From: Eledone cirrhosa
Taxonomy: Eukaryota
Assembly (NCBI GenBank): GCA_964016885.1
Contig: OZ024756.1
Coordinates: 6,076,001-6,140,000 of the forward strand
Length of the DNA: 64,000 bases
Direction of reading: 5' to 3'
Shown here: piece after piece, positions 27,718 through 42,440 of the stretch
How positions within the stretch are numbered: the first letter of the stretch is position 1
How the letters are laid out: the number at the start of each line of letters is the position of its first letter
Made by a program: the position numbers and the translations under genes
The notes under the pieces: generated by a model
What the model was told of the DNA's origin: nothing
The model's input: only the letters and a program-made list of their open reading frames with translations
Databases searched by the model: none

Positions 27718-28065
27718 TTAAGTATTGGCTGAAAAATATTGCTCTCATTAATTACATGAATATTAATAAATGTAAACGTGAATGTTTTGTATATAAATAA
27801 AAAAATGTAGAAAAATGTAGAAAAATGTCGAGCATTTGCGAGGGTGACTAATTGGGAATCCATCTTGAGACACGTCTGCCTCTTAACAAAATCTCATTAT
27901 TAAAACGTATAAGCATTAAATTGACCTCATAAAATATTAATTACCGTTGCTCGATATATAGAAATATATTGCTAAGTATTGCATTGAAATATTCTTACTT
28001 ATATACACACACTCCACATACTACATACATAGTACAAATCTGATATATATATATATACATACACA

Positions 28066-28554
28066 TGGTGGCTGCCAACTCGTTTTCGAGTACGGCCACT
28101 ACTTTATATCGATGTAGGAAAACCCCTACCTATGCGCTGAACGAGTGTGACTTTTTAGTCCAGCCAGCGACTTGAAAACTCTGGTACAAACACTACACTT
28201 GTGACAATTATTGACACATAGTGCTGGGCCCATGGTACCATGTGACGACAAGTGCAGAGAGATCTCCAGATATAAAGCAATGCCTTTGCCGTGAAGCTTT
28301 TATAGTGAGCAAAGGCACTGCACAAAGCCAGTCCCACTCTCTTAACCAAGATGATATTTACCAAAAAGAAGAACAAGTCAACATCAGTGAATACCATCAG
28401 GGTTGCATGTGTTATATCAGAGTTCTCCTTCTCCTAGAATTCTGCCTTGACAAAGGCTAAGGGGTCATCTCTCCTGTGATTTTGGATGGGCATTGAATCT
28501 TAAGAGCTCCATATGCCCTTTGACAGGTTTTGTTTTTAGTCCTGCAGGATGTCC
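28066..28554 (-). mobile_element. RTE-derived non-autonomous element, 5'-truncated
   Basis: Matches ~44913-45399; diverged relative at ~25445-25780. Confidence 0.8.
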
Positions 28555-28570
28555 ACATACATACATACAT

Positions 28571-28603
<33 letters not shown>

Positions 28604-29024
28604 TATATATATATGTGTGTGTGTGTGTGCATTCATTGAATTGGCTTCTACAAAACTAGAACTATTTCATTCGGGAGAAATCATCTAACTTACTGTGGTT
28701 ACCCCCGATTGAACCCTGGATAAACAGATATATATATTTATATAATTACGGTATGTGCGCACTTCTAAGTTTAATTTTACTACTAATTGTGTGTGGTTGA
28801 TGGTATATTTGGTCGGATTCTGCATGCTGCCGAAATGTTGGATAAATAATGGAACGGGGCTGCCGCGAAGAGGCTACGATCAATCGTTTGTCAGAGATTT
28901 CCCCATAAGAAAATTTATTCTTAAAGCCCTGCTAGATTTGATTTTGTATATGGTTAATTATGCTAATTAGAAGAAGAAATAGTATATATTTTAATATCTG
29001 ATGATTCTATAGACATGATTTATG

Positions 29025-29311
<287 letters not shown>

Positions 29312-29455
29312 CCCTCACATATATATATGTGTGTGTGTGTATATATATATATGTGTGTGTGCGTGAGTTTGTGTCTGTCTGTGTGTCTGTGTGTCTGCGT
29401 GTTGATATATATACATATCTACATATATATACATATAAGTATATATGTATATATG

Positions 29456-29539
<84 letters not shown>

Positions 29540-30242
29540 TATACACATATATATGCACATTGGTGATTCTGTTTGTCACCGGATCAGCAGACTCACTATT
29601 CAGCCTTAAGAAAACTAATATTAACACTCTACATCGGTATTGAGTACTCCTTTCTCTGAACTATCAGCCAAATACGGATACGCACGTAGGAGGTGTGTAT
29701 GTGTGTGCGTGTGTGTGTGTGGGGGGTTATTGTGTGCGTGTGTCTGTGTGTCTGTGTGTGTTTGCGTGAATGTGTGTGTGTGTGTGTGTATGTGTGTGTG
29801 TGTGTGTTTATGTTTGTACGTGTGTGTTAGTGTGTCTGTGTATGGTGTTGTTTGTCTGTGTGTAAATACACATACGGGATAATATGACTTAGTAGGGTAT
29901 ATTAGGTTTTATGGAACAATGTATTTTTATTATATACAATATTGAATGTGATTCATTATTGTAATAAATAGAGCATGTGATTTACATTAATAATATCACA
30001 AATTACAGAAGTTATTTGCACGGTAGTTAGTAGTTGGACAATGAAAATGGCGACTGTTTACCTACTGATTAATTTCATTAAACTGGGTGTCTGACATTTG
30101 ATAATAATCCTGGACATATGAAGTATATTTATATCTGTAGAGGTGTTAGAGCTTTGTACCGAGGCCGGGTTGGCGTTCCCTCTACCCAATGTTGATAAAC
30201 AGAATATCAGTCAAAGATGGTAGAATGACGTACGTGTTAAAG

Positions 30243-30588
30243 CGGAGGTTCTCAAATGTTTGACCCCCGCCCCCCTCTAGGCCACCCTTCACTCATCCCC
30301 ACGTAAGACCCTCTGCCACGACCCCACCCCACCCTATTTCTAGAGAGACCTGTCTACACCCAAATTGTAAATAATATATAATAAATTAAATCGTTAATTG
30401 ATATATTTTCAATAATATAATATATACTATGTATAAATAAATATTATATACATTTTTTTCATTTTACTATATTTATATCATCTCTAATGCCCTTCCCCTC
30501 TCCCCACTGGCCACCTAGTCTCCAGAGCCCGCTGGACCTTCCCAATGCTCCCACCAGGGGGCGGTAGCGCTCACTTTCAGAACATATG
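30243..30588 (+). mobile_element. hAT-type MITE
   Basis: cggaggttctcaaa...tttcagaacatatg with a near 8-bp TSD tgttaaag/tgttaagt. Confidence 0.6.
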
Positions 30589-30896
30589 TGTTAAGTCATT
30601 GGTCATGTTGCCATATCTTGTGTTCTTTTCTTTCCGTACAAAGTCCAAATCCCGCGATGGTATACTTGGGTGATAAACTGAATACATCTCCCAGTTTAAC
30701 ACCATTAACCTAACCCATGCATGTCTTTAGTGGAGTCTACACCACTGTAAATATTCTCACTGCGTTTCTGGTTCAAGGACATCTTCCGCCCACCCTAAAT
30801 AGGTCCGATGGTACTATTCTCCATCCTCATTATGTGAGAGGAAATAAAGTATATGACAAAGTGTGTGATAAGGATGACCTTTTCAATAAAATTTAC

Positions 30897-31345
30897 AGTA
30901 TATCTAAAGGGCTTCTACACTGTGTCAGTCTGCCAAATTTCCTTCAAATGTATTGAGTGGAGCCCAGACTACGGTAAAATTCACTCGTCGAAAATATGAG
31001 TATATCCAAAGGCTTCTATAATGTGTCAGTCTACCAAATTTCCTTCAAATGAATTGAGTGGAGCCCAGACTACGATAAAAGTCACTCGTCGAAAATATGA
31101 GTATATCCAAAGGCTTCTATAATGTGTCAGTCTACCAAATTTCCTTCAAATGAAGTGAGTGGAGCCCAGACTACGATAAAAGTCACTCGTCGAAAATATG
31201 AGTATATCCAAAGGCTTCTATACTGTGTCAGTCTACCAAATTTCCTTCAAATGAATTGAGTGGAGCCCAGAATACGGTAAAAGTCACTCGTCGAAAATAT
31301 AAGTATATCCAAAGGCTTCTATACTGTATCAGTCTACCACATTTC
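30897..31345. repeat. 101-bp tandem repeat (~4.4 copies)
   Basis: (g/a)agtatatccaaagg recurs at 30998, 31099, 31200 and 31301. Confidence 0.9.
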
Positions 31346-31638
31346 CTAATAGGTGTCAGCCCCGCGAGTTGGAGTGGCTTTTCCAGCGCGTCTCCCTTGC
31401 CGTCCTCCGCCTTCTCCATTTGGTCCGCGGGAGCTGTAGGGGGACAGTCCGATTATATTATGAATTCTGTTGAATAGTCTTAAATACTGAAGCCTCCTGC
31501 TTAAGTTAATAGAAACATGCAATATGATTGACCCCAGAATCTCAATATTATGAAGCGATATTCTTAATAATTTGGATATCGGTTTGCGAGATCTTTCATT
31601 ATTTTTCATACAGTATTCAGTAAAGTTGCTATACTTAC

Positions 31639-31776
31639 CACATTTTGCACGTCCTTCCGATGATTCGTCCGAATAATCTCCACAATGGTTTATTCTATCA
31701 CATATAAGATCATTATCAATGCACCAATTGTTATTACAACGGAAGGCTGAGCCACAACTAGCTTGAGTCTTGGAAA
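31639..31776 (-). CDS. Internal exon encoding one LDL-receptor class A (LDLa) module
   Basis: SKTQASCGSAFRCNNNWCIDNDLICDRINHCGDYSDESSEGRAKC: six Cys plus DxSDE; acceptor ctaat..tttcttttctgaacttccag|, donor |gtaagt; 138 bp, phase 1-1. Confidence 0.9.
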
Positions 31777-32184
31777 CTGGAAGTTCAGAAAAGAAATAAA
31801 TTAGCATTAATAATATTTTTAATTCTTTTTAAAATGGGAACAAGGTCAAACAATTTAGAATAAGGGTAGATAATGTTATCCCCAATATTTTACTGCTAGT
31901 TATTGTATTGGTCTCGCTTGGGGATCGAACCGGATCGGTTGGAGAAGGTTGCTTCTGACAGGACCTGTTGGAAGGAGTTTTTGAGAACTCTGTCCTTTTG
32001 ACCTTCTCAAGAAGAAGAAGAAGAAGAAGAAGAAGAAGAAGAAGAAGAAGAAGATGAAGAGTTTATTTTATTATCCAAGAAGGATAGAATAAAATCCAAA
32101 GTTGACCCCATCAGGACAGAATCTCAGATCGTAGAAAGTCTTGACTAAATGCCGCTCTACTCATACTACAATGTTGTCTGACGT

Positions 32185-34087
32185 TCTACTGATACTACCA
32201 TTTAATCTGTGGCTGTACTGATACTGCCATTTAATCTGTGGCTCTACTGATACTGCCATTTAATCTGTGGCTCTACTGATACTACCATTTAATCTGTGGC
32301 TCTACTGATACTGCCATTTAATCTGTGGCTCTACTGATACTACCATTTAATATGTGGCTCTACTGATACTACCATTTAATCTGTGGCTCTACACATAATG
32401 CCATTTAATCTGTTGCTCTATTGATACTACCATTTAGTCTGTGGCTCTACTCATAATGCCATTTAATATGTGGCTCTACTGATACTACCATTTAATCTGT
32501 GGCTCTACTGATACTGTCATTTAGTCTGAGGAAGTACTGATACTGCCATTTAATATGTGGCTCTACTGATACTACCATTTAATCTGTGGCTCTACTGATA
32601 CTGCCATTTAATCTGTGGCTCTACTGATACTACCATTTAATATGTGGCTCTACTGATACTACCATTTAATCTGTGGCTCTACACATAATGCCATTTAATC
32701 TGTGGCTCTATTGATACTACCATTTAGTCTGTGGCTCTACTCATAATGCCATTTAATCTGTGGCACTACTGATACTACCATTTAATCTGTGGCTCTACTG
32801 ATATTACCATTTAATCTGTGGCTCTACTGATACTGCCAATTAATATGTGGCTCTACTGATACTACCATTTAATCTGTGGCTCTATTGATACTGCCATTTA
32901 ATCTGTGGCTCTACTGATACTGCCATTTAATCTGTGGCTCTACTGATACTGCCATTTAATCTGTGGCTCTACTGATACTGCCATTTAATCTGTGGCTCTA
33001 CTGATACTGCCATTTAATCTGTGGCTCTACTGATACTACCATTTAATCTGTGGCTCTACTGATACTACCATTTAATCTGTGGCTCTACTGATACTACCAT
33101 TTAATCTGTGGCTCTACTGATACTGTCATTTAGTCTGTGGAAGTACTGATACTGCCATTTAATCTGTGGCTCTACTGATACTGCCATTTAATCTGTGGCT
33201 CTAATGATACTACCATCTAATCTGTGGCTCTACTGATACTACCATTTAATCTGTGGCTCTACTGATACTGCCATTTAATCTGTGGCTCTACTGATACTGC
33301 CATTTAATCTGTGGCTCTACTGATACTACCATTTAATCTGTGGCTCTACTCATACTGCCATTTAATATGTGGCTCTACTGATACTGCCATTTAATCTGTG
33401 GCTCTACTGATACTACCATTTAATCTGTGGCTCTACTGATACTACCATTTAATCTGTGGCTCTACTGATACTACCATTTCATCTGTGGCTCTACTGATAC
33501 TACCATTTAATATGTGGCTCTACTGATACTGCCATTTAATCTGTGGCTCTACTGATACTACCATTTAATCTGTGGCTCTACTGATACTATCATTTCATCT
33601 GTGACCCTACTGATACTGCCATTTAATCTGTGGCTCTACTGATCCTACCATTTAATCTGTGGCTCTACTGATACTGCCTATTAATATGTGGCTCTACTGA
33701 TACTACCATTTAATCTGTGGCTCTACTGATTCTACCATTTAATCTGTGGTTCTACTGATACTGTCATTTAGTCTGTGGAAGTACAGATACTGCCATTTAA
33801 TCTGTGGCTCTACTGATACTGCCATTTAATCTGTGGCTCTACTGATACTACCATTTAATATGTGGCTCTACTGATACTGCCATTTAATCTGTGGCTCTAC
33901 TGATACTACCATTTAATCTGTGCCTCTACTGATACTGCCATTTAATCTGTGGCTCTACTGATACTACCATTAATCTGTGGCTCTACTGATACTACCATTT
34001 AATCTGTGGCTCTACTGATACTACCATTTAATCTGTGGCTCTACTGATACTGCCATTTAATCTGTAGCTCTACTGATACTACCATTG
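32185..34087. repeat. 29-bp minisatellite (~65 copies) derived from a SINE head
   Basis: Unit ctactgatact(a/g)ccatttaatctgtggct; continues directly from a decayed SINE at ~32060-32190. Confidence 0.9.
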
Positions 34088-34919
34088 AACTGCCTTTAGT
34101 GGTAATTTAAAATTGTTTTTACCATTGACACAAGACCAGCAATTTGGAGGAAAGTACAAGTCAATTATATCAACATTAGTATTTAATAGTACTTAACTAG
34201 TAGTGTATTTACTCAATCTCGGAAGAATCGCAGTCCACGTTCACCTAGGCGAGATTTGTTAGTTTTATTTAATAATGTTTCATGATTTAGGGATGACGGT
34301 CAGAATTTGGAGGGAGTGGCAAGTCGACATTAAGTCGACACCAATACATTACGGGTACATTATTTTATCTGGCCTGTAAAGATGAAAGCGAAAGCTAACC
34401 TTGGCGGGATTTGAAATCAGAATGCAAAGTTTGTGGAAGACCAGCAGTCACCCATGCATACCAATCTCCCCTCTCCATGCCACTAATGTTGTCCAAAAGA
34501 AAGACACTGACCGATACAGCTTGGCACCAGTGACATCACATCTCATTTCTACAGCTGAGTGAACTGGAGCAACGTGAAATAAAGTGTCTTGTTGAAGGAC
34601 ACAACGCATCACCCGCTCCGAGAATTGAACTCACAACCTCCCGATTACAAGCCAAATGCTATAACCACAAAGCCATGCTTCCTTCACCACCCTATTAGTT
34701 ATCTATCTATATACTACTAAAACTGTGATTGTGTCTTGTCTGTAATGTAATACAACCAAAACGGCGCATAATGGGTAAAATACTTGGAAAGGGAGTTGCC
34801 CATGAAATGGGAATACAAATGGAATAAAACAAATTTCGCGTAAATAGGAGCAGAGGTTCCTGTGATACGGGTTTTTTCCGGATACCTTCATCAATAGTCA
34901 TCAGAGATAACCAATAATA

Positions 34920-35349
34920 ATCTCTCTATATATTATAACCCTCTCTCTATAAACATATTATAACCTCTCTCTCTCTCTATATATATATATCATAACCCTC
35001 TCTATAAGTAATATAGCCCCTCCCTCTATATATATTATAGCCCCCTCTCTCTGTATATATTATTACCTCCTCTCTATATATATTATAAGCCTCTCTCTCT
35101 ATATATATATATATTATAACCCCCGCTCTCTCTGCATATATTATAACCTCCTCTCTTTCTATATATTATAACTCCCTCACTTTATATATATATTATAACC
35201 CCTTCTCTATATATATTATAACCCTCTATATATATTATAACCCCCTCTCTATATATATTATACAACCCTCTCTTTCTATGTATTATAACACTCTCACTAT
35301 ATATATAATATTAGACCACCCGTCACACGTTGGGTCACGGGTGGTCTAG
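34920..35349 (+). mobile_element. Helitron-like end preceded by degenerate tandem tctctatatattataaccc units
   Basis: Hairpin tagaccacccgt..acgggtggtcta ending CTAG|T at ~35346-35350. Confidence 0.4.
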
Positions 35350-35935
35350 TATTTAATAATGGTTTCCTGGTTATGCCCAAGCAATGAACAACAACATCAT
35401 TTACATTCTCTGTGGTTATAGAATATAATTGTGGAATACTTATGATGGGTTTTTAACGATAACAAGAGTGAAGACGTATTCAACAGACTCTTCTAGACGA
35501 CACCAGCGTCTCTACCTACATATAGACCTACATACATATAGATATGTACTTACATACATACATATGTACTGACAGATGTACTACGTACATACATACATAT
35601 ATACATACATATGTAGTGACAGATGTACATACGTATATTCATACATGCATGCGTACATACATACAAGTATACAAACATACATATATACAGACGTACATAC
35701 ATACAGACGTACATACATACATACATGCAAACATACATATATACATAAATGCAAACATACATACATACATATATATATATACATAAATACAAAAAATACA
35801 TACATGTAAACATACATACATATACATACATACATGTACGAAAACAAAAATTGTCTGCTGTTAAAAGTGTATAAAGTACTAGCTTTACACATAAAGTTCA
35901 CATTTAGTTGACCCCCGCTGATATTTATACAGGCA

Positions 35936-36034
<99 letters not shown>

Positions 36035-36149
36035 CTGTCTGCGTGCGCGTGTTTGGGTATGATTGTGTGTGTATGTATGTACTTATGCTCTTTGTTCCCG
36101 ATGTCAACTTCCCCCACGTTGTTATATATATACACACACACACACACAC

Positions 36150-36236
<87 letters not shown>

Positions 36237-36308
36237 GGTATGTATATATATATATATATATGTATGTAGGTATGTATGTATATATATATATATATATATG
36301 TATGTAGG

Positions 36309-36364
<56 letters not shown>

Positions 36365-37880
36365 CATGCTGAAGTAAACTGTCACAAACGCGTATTCAAC
36401 GTTTAACAGATGCAAGTTCAAACTTAAACAACAGACATACAACAGGCAAGTACTTACTTACACTTGTTTGCCACATAACTACACAAAGACACAGTCACAC
36501 ACCCACACACACGCACACACACACTCAAACATACACATACACACATATACACTCAAACACACACACGTGCAGACACACAGAGAAGAAAGCACAGCCAGAC
36601 ACCCTAGCATGCAAACTAGACATATCACACATTCAGGCAAATATAAACCCACGCTCACTCACACAGAACGATTTCTATTTGCCAGGGATCAGACGATAGC
36701 AAAGCCAATTGCATACGCCTACAATGATCATAGAGGGTTGTGTAAAGAGTGGAGTTAACACACATGAACACACACACACATATACATGCTTAGAGATACA
36801 TACATACATAGACATATACATACTTACATGAAAGACATAATACATAGACATATACATACTTACATGAAAGGCATACATACATAGACATATACATACTTAC
36901 ATGGAAGACATAATACAAAGTACACAAATACATACGTACGTACATATATACATACACACAAACATACATATACATGCATGCATGAAAGACATACATACAT
37001 ACACAACTAGTTAGGAAATTACAAGTACAATCCATTAATGGAACTGTAAAAATATGTGAAACATTCCAAAAATGTTGCATCTAATAACTGCATATACACA
37101 TACACAGATACAAAGCATATACACATGCACACATACAACTCAAAACATACACATCCACATATACAATAACATCCATATATACACATGCATACATACATAT
37201 CTACCTAGTTGATGTTGTGTAAATTCTAATGAGAGAGTCTTGTGTCTATGTTAGAAACCGACTCTCTCTCTATTGGGAAAAAAATTGTGAAATTATAAAA
37301 CTAGAAGATCATACATGCATACATACATGTGTACAGGTATATACATAAGTATATACACATATACATACACATGCATATATATACAGACGTACATATAAAC
37401 ATATATACATACATAGATACGTACATACACACAAACGTAAATGATGCATACATACATACATTAAGTATACACACACACACACATATATATATCTATATAT
37501 ATATATATATACATATAAATACGTACATAAGTACAAGCATGTATACATACATATATACACATATATATATTTGTATTATATATACATATATATATATATA
37601 TATATACATATATATAAACACATCCACACATACAATAACATCCATATCTACACATGCATACATACATATCTACCTAGATGATGTTGGGTAAATTCCAATG
37701 AGAGAGTCTTGTGTGTATGTTAGAAACCGACTCTCTCTATTGGGAACAAATTTGTGAAATTATAAAACCAGAAAAACAGACATACATACACACACATACA
37801 TACATATCTATCTATCTATCTATCTATACATACATACATACATACATACATACATACATACATACATACATACATACATA

Positions 37881-38588
37881 CTCCCTACCAAATATCTGCT
37901 GCACAAAAGAGGAGGGCCAGCAGCTGACAATAAATGTAGGCTATGTAATACAAAGATCGAGGATGTAAGCCACATTGTTGCCAGCTGCGAAAGAATGTCA
38001 TCTCGCTACTACCTCCCCATGAGACACGATGGGATAGCTAGAACTATCTGGAACGCACTTCGGAAAACAAAATTAACAACAAACGAGGAAGAATATATTG
38101 AGACAGATGGCACTAAGGAATACTGGTGGAACCTGAAAATAAAAACTGCCACCAAATTAAAGCACAACCGGCCTGATATTGTAGTTTGGGACCACACATT
38201 GAAAACGTGTTCTGTTGTGGAGATCAGCTGCCCACTTGATGTAAACGTTGTCAGAAAAATACAAGAGAAGGAGGACATCTACGGACCATTGATGAGGAGC
38301 TTACAAATCCAGTATCCAAGATACACCTTTAGCTTCATACCCATCATTATTGGTGCTACGGGTTATATACCAACCCGCTTGGACCAAAGTATGACCGAAC
38401 TTGGATTTGCGGACAAAAAGCGCAGCTCCCTAATTCATAGTCTACAAATAGCTGCGATAGCTGGCACCTTCAAAATATGCAAAACATTCTTGCGATTCAA
38501 GGGATGACAATTTCTTTTCTTTTACAACCTTGCCACCAGGAAGGTGGCCGGTCAAAAAAATATACTCGAAATTAAGAGAAAGAGAAAA
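37881..38588 (+). mobile_element. 5'-truncated R4/Dong-like non-LTR retrotransposon (zinc knuckle plus restriction-like endonuclease)
   Basis: Open frame 37881-38507: KCRLCNTKIEDVSHIVASC (CCHC), RHD, NRPDIVV..VEISCP, EKEDIY, PIIIGATG; (TACA)n on both sides. Confidence 0.9.
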
Positions 38589-38770
38589 CATACATACATA
38601 CATACATACATACATATCTATACATACATACATACATATATACATACATGCTTACATACATAGACATACATACGTACGTACATATATATATATATATAAA
38701 TACATACATACATATATATATGGACACATAGATACATACATAGATATACAAACATACTTCCATAAAAGAC

Positions 38771-38815
<45 letters not shown>

Positions 38816-39065
38816 CATACATGCTTACATACATAAAATACATACTTGTGGACGTAGTACCATCTAAACCCCTTCATATATTCACAGAGAAATATAGGCT
38901 GTGAAACTAACATTTAAACTCGTCAACAGAAACACACACTAACATACCTATACATACTTTCGTGAAATTCATACATACATACGGACGTACATACGTACGT
39001 ACGTATATACATACATATATACACACATACATACATAGATACACATTCATACTTCCATGAAAGAC

Positions 39066-39106
<41 letters not shown>

Positions 39107-39109
<3 letters not shown>

Positions 39110-39700
39110 TGGCTGCCAACTCGTTTTCGAGTACGGCCACTACTTTATATCCATCTAGGGGAACCCTACCGATGCGCTGAACGCGTGTGACTTTTTAGTC
39201 CAGCCAGCGATTTGAAAACTCTGGTTGTGACAATTATTGACACATAGTGCTGGGCCCATGGTACCATCTGACGACAAGTGCAGAGAGATCTCCAGATATA
39301 AAGCAATGCCTGTGACGTGAAGCTTTTATAGTGAGCAAAGGCACTGCACAAAGCCAGTCCCACTCTCTTAACCAAGATGATATTTACCAAAAAGAAGAAC
39401 AAGTCAACATCATTGGATACCATCAGGGTTGCAGGTGTTATATCAGAGTTCTCCTTCTCCTAGAATTCTGCCTTGACAAAGGCTAAGGGGTCATCTCTCC
39501 CGGTGATTTTGGATGGCCATTGACTCTTAAGAGCTCCTTTGCCCTTTGACAGGTTTTGTTTTTAGTCCTGCAGGATGTCCAAAGTGACCCTCCTCACCAA
39601 GAAACCTTGGTGGGGTTGACAGTTTAGTCGCCAACGACCCGACCATGGGACAGGTTGTACTGGGATACATGTTACCACTAGCACCAACTGGTGACCTGAC
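39107..39700 (-). mobile_element. Full-length RTE-derived non-autonomous element
   Basis: Reverse complement of 44781-45399 with the same 5' start gtcaggtcacc. Confidence 0.85.
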
Positions 39701-39813
39701 ATATATACATATATACATACATGCTTACATACATAGACATACATACGTACGTACATACATATATACATGCACACACACATACATAGATATACATACATAC
39801 TTCCATGAAAGAC

Positions 39814-39920
<107 letters not shown>

Positions 39921-40131
39921 CATACATGCTTACATACATAAAATACATACTTGTGGACGTAGTACCATCTAAACCCCTTGATATATTCACAGAGAAATAT
40001 CGGCTGTGAAACTAACATTTAAACTCGTCAACAGAAACACACACTAACATACCTACACAAATATATTTATACTTTAAATTCCAACACATACACACTTTAC
40101 ACAGCCACATAGGCATAAAGCCTCATACACA

Positions 40132-40191
<60 letters not shown>

Positions 40192-40333
40192 CCCGACTGC
40201 GGCGCCATGCGGTTTCGGCTTGTATGTCCGGCAAGCCTTTTCAGGGGGGCATCCTCCATATATTGAGTACTCCTCCCATGATTAGTGCTCTCCCCGGTCT
40301 CAGCACCGCAGACTCTCTCTCTCTCTCTCCCAC

Positions 40334-40390
<57 letters not shown>

Positions 40391-40392
40391 CT

Positions 40393-40433
<41 letters not shown>

Positions 40434-40474
40434 CACGCATAAATTCAATCATACAGAATGTACTGTAATACATA

Positions 40475-40660
40475 ACTGTTTCCATTTTTGGCACAAGGTC
40501 AACAATTACCCTAGTATATTACTGGTACTTTATTTTATCGACCGCGTAAGGATGAAAGGCAAAGTTAACCTCGGCGGGATTTGAACTCAGACCGTAAAGT
40601 GAGGTAACTCTATGCTGCAAAGCATGGAGTCCGACTTTCTACCGTTACTCTCAATCCACA
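40475..40660 (-). mobile_element. tRNA-derived SINE
   Basis: Same family as 14880-17316; partial plus-strand copies at 42610-42722 and 42865-43010. Confidence 0.8.
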
Positions 40661-42008
40661 TACAACCCACTAAACAGACTAAAATACGCTATCAATCTTA
40701 CATACATATATATACACATACACATAAGTACATACATACTTAGATACATACATACATATTAAATGCAGCGGTAGGTATACGCATTGACGTTTACATAAGT
40801 ACACAAACTCATGCACATATATGCACATATAACGAACACCCAAACACTCATATTGATTGAGGAAGACACAAAGAAACAGATAAATAGGAGTGTAAACCCA
40901 GTCCAATGATAGTAGATGACAGACATAAATAATACTGCAAGGTCTCATTGGAGTAGAGGGGAGGAAGCCTAAAGCTAGAAGAAGGCAGAGAGAAACATGG
41001 AATCAGCCCTGAAGATAGGGGACCTAAAATACAGAGAAACTCAGATACCTACACACCAACGAAATATCTTCTGTGAACAGATGTTCATGTGTATTTAGCA
41101 TCATTCAACTGATGTCTTACAACAGCTGTTTCTTAAACATGAATGATTCACTTAGCAAACCGCAGTCGTAATTAATCGCTAACGCGTACACTTTTGTTTT
41201 GCAGAAATAGCAAAAGAAAGAAAAACAACAATGAAAGACATGACTAACTCATAACTAAAATGTGCCTTGTATTTCAAGCATAATAATGACTCCTTCCTCA
41301 AACTTACTCAAATGTGTAATGGGTGACTGGAGATAAGAGATAATCAATTTTTACATCATGACTGACTGGGCAAGGGCATTTGCAGAAGACCAGCAATGCC
41401 CCATATATAGAGCTTCCCCTCTACACGATATCAATGGGGATGCTTAAGGTCTAAATACAATTTGTCACCAATGTCTTGTATTTTGCGGATTGGAGCAAAG
41501 TGTAAAATAATGGCTTGCTCAAATAATGGTTGTATATTGCTATATAAGCTATAGAAGAATTGGTAGAGCATCGGATGAAATGCCATCATGGTATTTGTTC
41601 TGGTTCGTTACATTGTGAGTTTCAAATCCTGTCGTCAACTCTGCCTTTCATTCCTCCGAGTTCGATGAAATAAAGTGCCATTGAAATACTTTCCGTTCCC
41701 TCAAATTTCCTGTCCCTCTTAGAAAGAAATGGAAGTGATTACCAAAGCCTAACAGCAATAACTGTTTTGTTTCTTTCATCTTCTTAGAGTTTCAGTGGAT
41801 ATAAGTAATGCTGGGGCACCACCTTGGAGGTTGCAGTCGACCACATGGCCCCAAGTAGATTTATTTTCAAATCAATTTATTTTATTGATATATTTTCGTC
41901 CAGCTTACTGGGTTTTTTTTTTTTGAGACACCAGGACGTGAACGGTGTTTTAGCTGGTCATATACTGGATCCAGGAAGGGGTGGAGGAAAAGCAGACAGC
42001 CAGCGAGC

Positions 42009-42068
<60 letters not shown>

Positions 42069-42201
42069 CAAAGGTATATTTAATTTTTCGTAATTCAGAA
42101 AATATATATATTTTTAACAGATTCGAAGAACTCGACTGGTTTTCTGGTGTATAATATCAATGATATTAATGAATGGAAAACTATATTTATAAAACCATAT
42201 T

Positions 42202-42262
42202 TATTCTATTATATATATTTCAAGGGTACCAAAACTTTGGTACGCTCTCATCAGATAAAATA
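42202..42262 (-). ncRNA. Type I hammerhead ribozyme (family D)
   Basis: Minus strand tattttat-CTGATGA-gagcgtaccaaagttttggtaccctt-GAAA-tatata-TA-atagaata. Confidence 0.85.
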
Positions 42263-42379
42263 CAAAGCTTGTTTTATAAATATTGACATATCCAGGAATG
42301 AGACCTTAACTATCCAGGTAAAACTCGAACCGTTAACGTCTCATTCCTGGATATGACTATATTTATAAAACAAGCTTTG

Positions 42380-42440
42380 TATTTTATCTGATGAGAGTGT
42401 ACCAAAGTTTTGGTACCCTTGAAATATATATAATAGAATA
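42380..42440 (+). ncRNA. Type I hammerhead ribozyme (family D)
   Basis: tattttat-CTGATGA-gagtgtaccaaa(g)ttttggtaccctt-GAAA-tatata-TA-atagaata. Confidence 0.85.

Noticed and set aside
31346-31807. Whole 153-aa ORF as a gene
   Set aside because: Only 31639-31776 is bounded by splice sites and domain-like; the rest is intron read-through
32185-34087. CRISPR-like array of 29-bp repeats
   Set aside because: Units are contiguous with no unique spacers, there are no cas genes, and the context is eukaryotic; it is a minisatellite
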